DNA from: Selaginella moellendorffii
Lineage: Eukaryota > Plantae > Lycopodiophyta
Assembly: GCF_000143415.4 (NCBI RefSeq)
Contig: NW_003314305.1
Location: forward strand, 1,274,834 to 1,338,833
DNA: 64,000 nucleotides
Direction: 5' to 3'
Shown piece by piece: positions 52,378 through 62,456 of the stretch. How positions within the stretch are numbered: the stretch's first letter is position 1; each line of letters begins with the position of its first letter. The notes beneath the pieces are model-generated. The model saw nothing but the letters and a program-made list of their open reading frames with translations, was not told where the DNA came from and did no database searches. The position numbers and the translations under genes are program-made.

Positions 52378-55064
52378 ATGGCACAGCTACTGGGGAGCGC
52401 TCTCGGCCCGGCGCGGCCAATCCCTCGCAAGAATGCGGCGCCGTCCTCCATCGCCAGGGCATCGGTGAGCTCCTCCCCCACAGAGATCGCCGCTCCATCG
52501 CGGCAGCAGGGCGCCGGCGAGCACGCGATCGTGTTGAATCGCTACAGCAGCCGCGTGACGCAGCCCAAATCCCAGGGCGCGTCGCAGGCCGTGCTCTATG
52601 GCGTGGGGCTGCGCGACGAGGACATGGCCAAGGCGCAGGTCGGGATCTCCTCGGTGTGGTACGAGGGCAACACTTGCAATATGCATTTGCTCAAGCTCTC
52701 CGAGGCTGTCAAGGAGGGCGTGCGCGAGGCTGGCATGGTGGGATTTCGATTCAACACCGTGGGGGTGAGCGATGCCATATCGATGGGGACCGAAGGGATG
52801 TGCTATAGCTTGCAGTCGCGGGATTTGATAGCTGATAGCATCGAGACCGTCATGGGTGGACAGTGGTACGATGCCAATGTCTCCATTCCAGGCTGCGATA
52901 AGAATGTAGGTGATCGAGCAAGCTCTTTCGAAAACTTCTCTATGCTCTCCTTTCTCTCTCTTGTTTCTTTTTTGTTTTCTCATTCTTTCTTTGTGCTTAT
53001 AGATGCCAGGAACTCTCATTGCAATGGGAAGGCTGAATCGACCAAGTATTATGGTTTACGGAGGAACTATCAAAGTAAGTTTTCTCTTTCTTTTTGGTTT
53101 CTTTTGTTCGTGCTTGCTGAAAGTGTTGGTTCAGCCAGGAATCGTGAACGGGCATACGTACGATATAGTGTCAGCTTTCCAGGTATTTCTGGGTCTTTGT
53201 TTTTCTCATGGTGGTCGCATAAACGAAGCCTATGCTGTGTTTTCGTTGTCTTCTCGGTTTATTTTTCTTAACGTACAGAGCTACGGAGAATATGTTGGTG
53301 GTCACATTTCTGACGAGCAGCGACTGAAAGTTTTGCAACATTCATGTCCAGGTGCTGGAGCTTGTGGTGGAATGTACACGGCAAATACCATGGCCAGCGC
53401 CATTGAAGCCTTAGGCATGTCCCTTCCTTACAGGTCTCTCTCTTAGTCTTTTACGTGTTTTCCGATATTATTTATTTGTTTTTTCTTTTGTAAATGCAGT
53501 TCTTCTATTCCAGCTGAAGACCCTCTGAAGCTACAAGAATGCCGACTGGTGGGAAAACACTTGCTGGAGCTGCTGAAGATGGACTTGAAACCGAAAGACA
53601 TAATCACGAAAGAGTCGCTTCACAATGCCATGGTCGTCGTAATGGCGCTGGGAGGATCGACAAATGCCGTGCTACACCTGATCGCAATTGCGAGGTAGTG
53701 AAAATCTGATCTTTCTGGTTGTCATTGAGTTTCGCTAGTTACGCAGGTCAGTAAACGTGCCACTGACCTTGGACGACTTTCAGAAAGTTAGTGACAAAGT
53801 TCCGTTTATCGCTGATCTTAAACCCAGCGGGAAGTATGTAATGGAGGACTTGCATAAGGTCTGTAATTCCCAGTTTTGTGGTGACTCACAATATATTGCG
53901 ATGTCACAGATTGGTGGAACGCCTGGCGTTTTAAAGTATCTGCTTGAAGAGGGCTACCTCAATGGCGACTGCATCACTGGTAACTTCAAGAAATGGAGTG
54001 ATCTTGCGCAAAGTAACGTTTTTTTTTTGTTTCTCTCTCTCTCTTTTCTGGTATGTCCAGTGACTGGCAAGACCTTGTCGGAAAATATATCCATCTGCCC
54101 GCCCTTGAGCGAGGGACAGGTAACTTAAAAATTATCCTGGTGTTTCCCTTGACATAAATTATTTTACAGGATGTCATACATCCACTAGATCGGCCGATCA
54201 AGTCGACTGGCCACATACAGATCTTGTATGGAAACCTGGCTCCCGAGGGCTCCGTTGCAAAAATCACTGGGAAAGAGGGTCTTTACTTTTCAGGTGGAAA
54301 TGCATTTTTGTTGTTTGTTCTTCTTTTTACTACTTACGAGCTTTTTGCTTGCCAGGTCCTGCTCGGGTTTTCGAAGGCGAAGAAGCTATGCTTTCAGCGC
54401 TGTCTGAGAATCCTCAAAGCTTCAAGGTTTACTTTTTTCTCTCTGTCCAAAGCAAGATATGATAATCACTGGTGATCGGTGAAATACTCAGGGCTCCGTG
54501 ATTGTTATCAGGGGAGAAGGTCCCAAAGGTGGTCCGGGAATGCCTGAGATGCTAACTCCTACAAGTGCGATCATGGGTGCTGGCTTGGGGAAGGTGTGTA
54601 AAGTTCGTTTGCTATGTTTCGCCATGAAAATCTCACTCCTTTCTTTCCAGGAAGTAGCTCTCCTCACGGATGGGAGATTTTCAGGAGGTTCTCATGGTTT
54701 TGTCGTTGGACACATTTGTCCAGAAGCCCAGGTACTCATACAAACGAGCTCATTTCGTCTCTATTTGTTAAATTCATGTTGTGTGATTTCCAGGTTGGGG
54801 GTCCAATCGCCTTAGTCCGAGATGGAGATAGAATCACTCTTGACATTGAGAAGCGACTGATTGATCTCGGCGTGGCCGAGGACGAGCTTGCGGCACGAAA
54901 GAAAGCGTGGACAGCGCCACCTCTCAAGGCAACTCGTGGAACGCTATACAAGGTAAGAACAAAGCAAATAAAAAGCTGTCAAAGTTTTCACGGTGGATTT
55001 GATTTCCTTGCAGTACATCAAGAATGTGAAGTCCGCCTCCGAAGGCTGCGTGACCGATGAATAG
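52378..55064 (+). CDS. DHAD: Dihydroxy-acid dehydratase (IlvD family, plastid), apparently intact
   Basis: Transit peptide; [84 protein letters not shown]; ends GCVTDE*. Confidence 0.96.
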
Positions 55065-55166
55065 AAATTTTCTGTGAGACCAAGTTTTGTAGAGAAGTTT
55101 TAACGTTTGGTAAAATTGGTAAAACTAAACCTGGAGATGGAAAAAAAACTGGTTTTTTTCAGCAAT

Positions 55167-55249
55167 CCGACCTTAGCTCAGTTGGTAGAGCGGAGGACTG
55201 TAGTGATCCAGACATCCTTAGGTCGCTGGTTCGATTCCGGCAGGTCGGA
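55167..55249 (+). tRNA. trnY-GUA: tRNA-Tyr(GTA) with a 10-nt intron (55204-55213)
   Basis: CCGACCTTAGCTCAGTTGGTAGAGCGGAGGACTGTAG|intron|ATCCTTAGGTCGCTGGTTCGATTCCGGCAGGTCGGA; upstream CAA and downstream T-run. Confidence 0.96.
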
Positions 55250-55363
55250 AACTCCTTTTTGTTTTAATCTTCTTTTTTTGGATTTATTTTTTGGAGATTC
55301 TCGTTCTTCTTTGGGTCCAGGGCTATCTTTTAAAGTTCTCCTCATTCTTCTCTCTCCATTGCA

Positions 55364-56515
55364 ATGGCGGATGACATTCTCGCTTTTGGCTTGCAGATGA
55401 TGGAAGCGATCCAAGTCTCGCAGCAGCAGGGATTTGGGGGAGACGATCACGCAGCATCCAGCATGGAATCAAGGATGGAATCGTTAGATTCCGACGTCGC
55501 CGCTGTTCTTCGCGTATACTTGGCCGACGTCATCAAGTGGCAGCAGGAGGAGGCCGACCGGCGGCTGGCGGAGCTGGAGCAGCGCAGGGAGAGCCGTCGA
55601 TTGCGCCAGCTGGACCACGACCGACGGCTCGCAGAGGATCTCCACCGGCACTGGAACGTGTTGGGGGACACGCACTACCGGCGCGCGGACGAGCCGCTGC
55701 CGGTGGAGTTTGACGACGTGGGGTACTGCGGGGAATATGCGCCACCCGTGGGAGAGAATATGCCGCCCGTACCGGCCGCGGACGTCACCGATGTGTGTAC
55801 CATCTGCGCCGAGAACCGGTTTCCAGCGAGATGGTCACGGTGTCGGGGTGTGACCACCGGTTCTGCGTCCACTGCGTGGAGCGGCACGCCGCGGTGAAAG
55901 TGACGCAGGGTGAGGTGAATATCCGGTGCCCCGCGGTGAACTGCGCGGTGAGTTTCAGCGACGAAGAGTGTGGGCGTTTGCTTTCCGAGAAGACCTTGGA
56001 AATGCTGGCCAAGCGCGTCAAGGACTTGAGCATCCCGGCGGAGTATAAAGTGTACTGTCCGTACAAGGACTGCTCCGAGATGATGGACAGGCGGGAGCTG
56101 GAGGTATCCGACTCCACGTCATCGTCCAGCTCGGCATCCGCGTCTGCTCGGGCCTGTGTGACGTGTTCCAGATGCGAGAATAAGATGTGCTTGCGGTGCA
56201 ACGTGGCATGGCATGTCGACATGTCGTGTGACACGTTTCAGGCGCTTCCTGCCCACCTGCGTGACGTGGAAGGCGCGATGTTGCACACGCTGGCAAAGAG
56301 AAAGCAGTGGGCACAGTGTGAGAGGTGTGGGCGGATTATCGAGCGTGACGGTGGATGCGAACACATTAAATGCAAGTATGTGAATTTTTCTTTTTCTCTT
56401 TAAATTTGGAGCTTTTTTAAAAAAACTTTCTTGCAGATGCGACTATGAGTTTTGCTACATGTGCGGAAAGAAATGGATTCGTGCAAACCATTCTTGCGTA
56501 AGAGCTTTCAATTAA
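55364..56515 (+). pseudogene. RBR (RING1-IBR-RING2) E3 ubiquitin ligase with a 1-nt frameshift in RING1 (pseudogene or sequence error)
   Basis: CTIC in one frame and CDHRFCVHC, CPAVNC, YCPYKDC, CERCGRIIERDGGCEHIKC|CDYEFCYMC in another; switch at ~55820. Confidence 0.8.
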
Positions 56516-56983
56516 TTGCAGTTTGGATTTCCTTTAATCCATCATTAAATCCAATCAATTTCTAGTGTTAAAATGATGGTTTAAAGGAAATTTAAAAAGA
56601 TATGTTAATCTAGGTCTTAGTGTAGTATAATACGAATAATCTAAATTAATGTGTTTTAGGTTGGTTAACCAATATGAATATTCGATTTAACAACAGATTA
56701 AAATAAAATTAAAGTAGTAAAAGTAAATTTTATTCAAATATTAAATCCTCAGTGAAGTGTTCGATTAGCGAGTAAAGTAAAAGGGAAAAGTTTTGATCAC
56801 TTTAATCAGTACGAATATTCGATCGCTTAGTGGAGGTCCTCGCCCTAGCTAGTCGATGCCAACACTTTCGCGAAGCGCGTCGAATTTCGGGGCCGGCGTC
56901 CCGGAATAAGATCATCGCAGCTAGGTCTGGAGCGATCTCCAGCATTTCTTCTCTTTTGTTGCAGAGATTTTGAGGTGAATCCT

Positions 56984-57920
56984 ATGGCTTCTTGGAGGCG
57001 ATCGCTCAGCGCTGGCCTGGTATGGTGTGGATCTCGCGAAATATCGGGGTTTGCTTAGCTGGATTTCGTGTTCTTGAAGGGAAATGCAGGCTCTGGAATG
57101 GCCGTGAGTGGCGAGTGCAAGAACAAATTCCTGGAGCTTCAGAGGAAGAAGGCGTACCGCTACCTCATCTTCAAGATCGACGACGCCACCAACGAGGTCG
57201 TGGTGGAGAAGACGGGCGCTCCTGCCGAGAGCTACGATGATTTCGCAGCGTGCTTGCCAGAGAGCGATTGCCGGTATGCCGTCTTCGATTTCGATTTCGT
57301 GACAGAGGATTTGTGCCAAAAGAGCAAGATTTTTTTCATTGCATGGTATGTCTCCATTCCTTTCCTCTTTGATAGCGTGCTCGATAGAGTGATATCTCTC
57401 TCAGATAGTCTTTGCTCGCAGTTCTTTTCAATCTCTTCCTCGCTAGCATTTTCTCAAACTTTTCTCAAGCTCTCAGCTAGAACTTGGAGGATAGATTCTA
57501 GAGCTTTATAGATGGATCTTAGCTCCATTGTTCGTTTGGGTCAGGCAGTCTTTCTCGCAATTCTCTCAATCTCTTCCTCGCTAGACGTTCTCTCTAGCTA
57601 TAGCTAAAACTTGAAGGATCGATTCTAGAGCTTCTAGATGGATCTTAGCTCCATTGCTCGTTTCGATGGGCCAGACAGTCTTCCTCGCTCGCTAGCATTT
57701 TCTCAAACTTTTCTCAAGCTCTCTCTTAGAATCTTTATAGAAATTCATTGCGATCTTTCTTTTTCTCAGGTCCCCAGATCTTTCCAGAGTGAAGAACAAG
57801 ATGATCTACGCGAGCTCCAAGGACAGGATCCGGCGAGAACTCGATGGAATCCACTATGAAGTTCAAGCAACCGATCCAACCGAAATGGACATAGAAGTCA
57901 TTAGAGATAGAGCCAATTAA
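56984..57920 (+). CDS. ADF: Actin-depolymerizing factor (start either ATG 56984 or ATG 57022)
   Basis: [60 protein letters not shown]. Confidence 0.94.
57395..57730 (+). repeat. Imperfect ~130-bp tandem repeats in ADF intron 2
   Basis: Recurring ctcgctagcattttctcaaacttttctcaagctctc and ttctagagct..tagatggatcttagctccattg. Confidence 0.75.
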
Positions 57921-58063
57921 TTAAACACAAATCCAATCTATCCACTCAACCTAATGTGCTGCCATATGGTGCTGCCACGTATCGCCACGTGTAGGCTCAC
58001 TTTCGCGCCACAATTCTCTCTGGTTTTTTAGGGCTCCAATCGAGCTTCTTAGGGCAACTGGCA

Positions 58064-59175
58064 ATGGCGATGATCAATGCTAGTGCTGCTGCGAGCGCAT
58101 TCGGGATTGGATCGAGTGGAACGAAACTGAGATCGGGGCTAGGATCCAAGAGGGTTTTCTGTGGGCGCTGCTGCTCGCGACTTGTGGCGCCATCGCTTTG
58201 GATGCGTGCTGGAACGAGTTGCGTCAGGGCGAATAGCAAGGTACGTTGATCGATCGATCGATTGATCGAGCTTGGAGAATTCTCATTTCTTCTATTTCTT
58301 TGTTCTGTGGGTAGAATCAAAGCGAGAGCATTGCTTTGGACGACGCGGACGCGCTGGCTTCTCGAGACAGTATGGAAGATGGAGGTGGAATCGACGTCCG
58401 AGGCAATCTAGCGGACGGAAAGAATCACGAATCGGTGGAGACGGAGGGGGAAGAGAAGAGTCCAGTGTGGATTTCTCGCGGGAGTTTGGAAGACACTGGG
58501 GGAAGTGATGCGACCGAAGTGCTGGAAACTTTCACTGGCACCGACCATAAAAACAACGAGCAAGAGTCTGGAAAGGTTGGGTCCGAGGCATTCGATTCCA
58601 GGCGGGAGAAAGATCTGGACGATATCGAGCAGCAGTATCTCTTGAATGACAAGCTCGCGGCGAGCGGGAGTGGAGTCCAGGCCGCAGCAGAGTCGATTAC
58701 AGGGAACTCGGAGGCAGTCGGGGAGAATCTGAAGAACTTGCTCCAGGAAACTCTTCCAGACGGAGGTAAAAATCCAGTTTTTAGCACTCCAGAGACCCCG
58801 GATTCTTCCCCCGGCGGAGAGAATGCCAGTGCTTTTCTTCCCGGTTCCTCCGGACGAGACTGGAGAGTCTGGGCCACGGCGATTCCAGACGAGCAGGAGA
58901 AATCCAAGAAAACTTTGGGGAATAGCGAATCAAAATGCGACGAGGGATCGAAAACAAAAGATCCAGGTAAGCGTTTTTCTTGACCAAAGATCGAATTTTT
59001 GCCTTCGGTTGTTCCAGCCAAGATTGCTGATCGATTGGGATACTTGGAAGAGATCGTGATGAAAAAGGATAACAGCAAATCCCCCGAGGATTACAATCGC
59101 CGCGCAACTATCTTTGAGAAGAGCGATCAGGCATTCAAAGCAGAGAAATCTAACAAAGAATCAACGGCATCGTAG
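58064..59175 (+). CDS. Uncharacterised, probably plastid-targeted protein, 3 exons
   Basis: Transit-like N-terminus, acidic middle, in-frame splicing to a last exon with DYNRRATIFEKS. Confidence 0.7.
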
Positions 59176-59238
59176 CTATACTTTTCCTTCTTGTATGTAA
59201 ATAAAGAGAAAGAAAATCAGGGTTTTTTTTTCTCTCTA

Positions 59239-59661
59239 ATGGAGGGCTCGAGCGAGACGCCGGACGTGAAGCCAGAGAAAAAGCCTGGCGATCACATGAA
59301 TCTCAAAGTGAAGAGCCAGGTAAAAGAAGCCATTGATTTCACTGGCAGGGGTTGGATCTCTTGGTTTCTCTTGCTTGTTTGATGATCTTGTAGGATGGAA
59401 ACGAGATTTGCTTCTCGATCAGGCGTAACACGCGGTTGGCGAAGCTTATGAAGGCCTATTGCGAGCGAATGTCGGTGGCACCGGACTCGATAGCGTTTCT
59501 TCTAGATGGCAAAAGGCTCCGTGAGGATCAAACACCAGAGGAGGTAGCGTTTCTTCTTTTCCTTTTCTTTTTTTTTTCTTGATTGTTCTTTGTAGTTGGA
59601 AATGGAAGATGGCGATGAAATAGATGCCATGCTTCACCAGACTGGAGGAATGCCGTTGTAG
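59239..59661 (+). CDS. SUMO: Small ubiquitin-like modifier, 3 exons
   Basis: HMNLKVKSQ|DGNEICF...KLMKAYC...QTPEE|[21 protein letters not shown]. Confidence 0.95.
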
Positions 59662-59739
59662 TTTCTGCACCTATTACAGAATCTCTTGAAATTTGATTGC
59701 CTCGTGACTCAATCCCTCTTTTTGATAGTCAAGAAGACG

Positions 59740-59960
59740 GGCCTTTTTTAGGTGGATTGAAGAGGCTCCGCAGGAGGGCCGTGAGGATTTCCAGCACTGC
59801 ATTTTTGCTCGGGTTCCTTCTTGACAAACGCCTCGGCCGTTCGGTTTACTTCTTTTAAGTTATGAATCATGAAGAACTTGTGGCCTTACCTCACTCGCTC
59901 CTTGTGGTTGCTGGCAAGAAGTTCGTGTCGAAGTGCCATCTTTTCGTTTTCATCCCAATG
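59740..59960 (-). pseudogene. Degenerate duplicate of the 3' end of the At4g18257-like gene
   Basis: cttcttgacaaacgcct and gaagaacttgt..cttacctcact..tccttgtggttg shared with 61420-61660. Confidence 0.65.
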
Positions 59961-60267
59961 AGATCAACATATACATTTCGACAGTGCGTGACAAGCCTCA
60001 TCTCGCACAGCAACATTGAAAGTCCGGATTCCTATGGTAATGTTTGCCCTTGGTGTCCATGGAAGTGCCTTGCGATATGTTCTCAGACATATTACGGAAG
60101 CGAAGCAGAGAGAGGCAGAAGCGAATCGAAAAGGCACAGTTACATTGAAAGTGTTCAAGATGTTTATTTGTTCTTCATGGTGGCACAAACATATATGTAG
60201 AGAACTTGTCAGTGTTGAACAGCCACGCGTACAAAGAAGTTTGTTAGTTGTATACTATAAGTTCTAT

Positions 60268-60806
60268 CATGGACGCTACCAAGGCCATGAAGCACCATCG
60301 TCGCACTTTAGAAGTTGCGAATGAGCTCTTCAAGGGGGAGGAAACGAGGAAGACGCTACGGTGCTGGATAACACACACGGACAAGATGTGGACATATGCG
60401 GAAACATCAGAATCGCCTCTTCAGCTCGTCATGAGCTTTGCAGACGTTCACGAGAGTCTCGAGGTGATCGACCTGAAGAGGTTACCCAGATCAGACTGCT
60501 GCTCGGCTTGTGGCACAGGCACGAGCAAAGCGCGACTTTTGCCACTCCTCGGACCACCAAAAGTGCATCACGCTTGGGGACGCGGGGAAGGTCGATGTTT
60601 GGATCTGCGACTCGTGTTCCGTCGGAGAGGAGCACTGCGAAGAGGAAGATCCCAAGAATTCCCGCAGGAAGATGGATAATCCAGTCCCGCGACACATAAT
60701 ATACATCCGCTCCCATATGCGTAAGCTTGATCGGTGCCACTCCTTGCAACCGGCGGGTAACTTCTTCGAAAATCTTCCCGGAACCGCACAACCTTCTCCG
60801 ACTTGA
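60268..60806 (+). pseudogene. PHD-finger-like ORF split by a frameshift
   Basis: CSACG in one frame, then CHSSDHQKC...WICDSC in another, near 60540. Confidence 0.45.
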
Positions 60807-61340
60807 CATCTATCGCATGGTCTACTCTATTCTGGGCTCCAGGAACTTCAGTGCGAGAATCGTCGCCTCTTCAGCATTCCAACCTATGCGAGAGAAGTTG
60901 GTGTCGATGGCGATAGCATTCACCCAGCGGGCCACTTCCTCCGATCTGAGCTTCATAGTCGCCAGCTCTGTCCGTTCGGCAATAAGGCCAAGAGCAAACG
61001 CCTTCAGATAGCCTGGCTTTTCTCTCAGCTTCGCAGCCTGTGTTTTCAGAGCTGAGCTTGTGCCCAAAATCAAACACAACGTAAACCTTCCGCTCAAGCG
61101 CTCCCAAAACCTTGAAAACGCTTTTCAGCTCCCACATATGATCATCGGAGTCCAAGATGAATTCGATGACATCCAGCATTACCTTGCGGCCCATGTAGTG
61201 AAACATCTTGTGCTCGGTGGAGGTATAGGAGCCCACTTCTGGGATTGCAAGCTTCCTGGATTCAGCACCTTTGTAATCTTTGTTATTAAGTTTAGGAATT
61301 TAAGGCTTTTACTAATCATAGAATTCAGCCTCCCGAGAAT

Positions 61341-62378
61341 TCACGCTTGTTGCTCTTGTTGAAGAGGCTCTGCTGGTGGGGCGTGAGAATTCGCAGCACT
61401 GGACTTGTGCTTCTCGAGTTCCTTCTTGACAAACGCCTTTCTGAGCCTCGCCCTTTGTTTCTCTGCAATGCTCTGCCTTCGTTGCTTGAGCTCCGCAGCT
61501 TTCTCCCGCGCTTCCACCGTTTCTCGATTCACTTCCCTGTAGCGACAGGCAAACAAAAAAGAGGTTTTTTTTAGTTCTGGATCACGAAGAACTTGTGCTC
61601 TTACCTCACTAGTTCCTTGTGGTTGGGACCGTAAGTTGGCTTCCCCGGCAAGAAGTTCATGTCGGACAGGCTCTCGGGCTCGTCGTCGTCGGCTGAAGTC
61701 TCGCCCCTCCTGTTACGTTCCATCTCTTCCTTTTCGTCTTCCAGGAATCCCTTGCGGAGGAAGTCCACACTGTACTTCTCCTTTTCTTCCTCGTCGGGGA
61801 GCTCTCCCCTTACCAGCTTGTCATACAATTGAGCTTTCTTCTCGAGCGCTTCGTAGCTCGCGGTGCCATCTCTCTCCTGTTTGAAGATGAGCTTGTCCCT
61901 GGAAATCAAAAACTATACGAGTGTTATGAAAGTATCGAGTATGAAATGAGAAAGAAGAAGTCACAAGAACTGGAGAACAAACTCAGACATGAAAGGACAT
62001 CCATGGAGAAATCGAGGAGACAAGACTGAAAAGGAAGAATTTAAACGCTAGGAGCTAAGAGCTACGCATTAAAGAAGTTTTTGGAAACTTTAATCGTGAA
62101 CTAGGAGCTAGAAACAGGGAAGAAAAAAAAATGTACCTCGTCTCGCGATCATCCACGCCAGGATTCTTCTTGCTGAAGAGATCACTCTTCTTCCGGGAGC
62201 GAACAAGCACGGTAGAATCGCCCTGCTTGACTGCTTCCTGGGTTTGATAGAGCTGCGCCCGGAGCTCCACAATGGAGCCCGCCCCCACGCCCTCGATCAC
62301 CTTCTGCTTCTTGGGCATCACCGACGACTCGGTGAGCCATCCCAGCGATTCCACACGCCGCTCCCTCCGCGCCTCCAT
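61341..62378 (-). CDS. At4g18257-like (CCDC174/DUF4078-type) coiled-coil protein, 3 exons
   Basis: VESLGWLTESSVMPKK, SYEALEKKAQLYDKLVRGELPD, KYSVDF. Confidence 0.82.
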
Positions 62379-62456
62379 GGTCGTTCGCGCCTAGCTAAAC
62401 CCTAATCTCCGGAAGAACCCTAAAATTTTGATAATCTATATAGGTAGCGTGGAAAC
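62379..62456. promoter_or_regulatory. 78-bp divergent interval with telobox-like motifs
   Basis: Head-to-head ATGs at 62378 and 62457; aaaccctaa and aaccctaaa; tatata. Confidence 0.55.

Larger units (their letters stand above)
39372..54756 (+). repeat. Tandem direct duplication of a ~7.7-kb unit (A ~39372-47076, B ~47109-54756)
   Basis: MYB stop offset 7691, DHAD start offset 7668; same module order in both units. Confidence 0.92.

Noticed and set aside
16810-55064. Multiple DHAD copies near an O-methyltransferase and MYB as a self-resistance biosynthetic cluster (AstD-like)
   Set aside because: Only one DHAD is intact and it looks like the housekeeping plastid enzyme; no scaffold enzyme (terpene synthase, PKS) or P450 is visible
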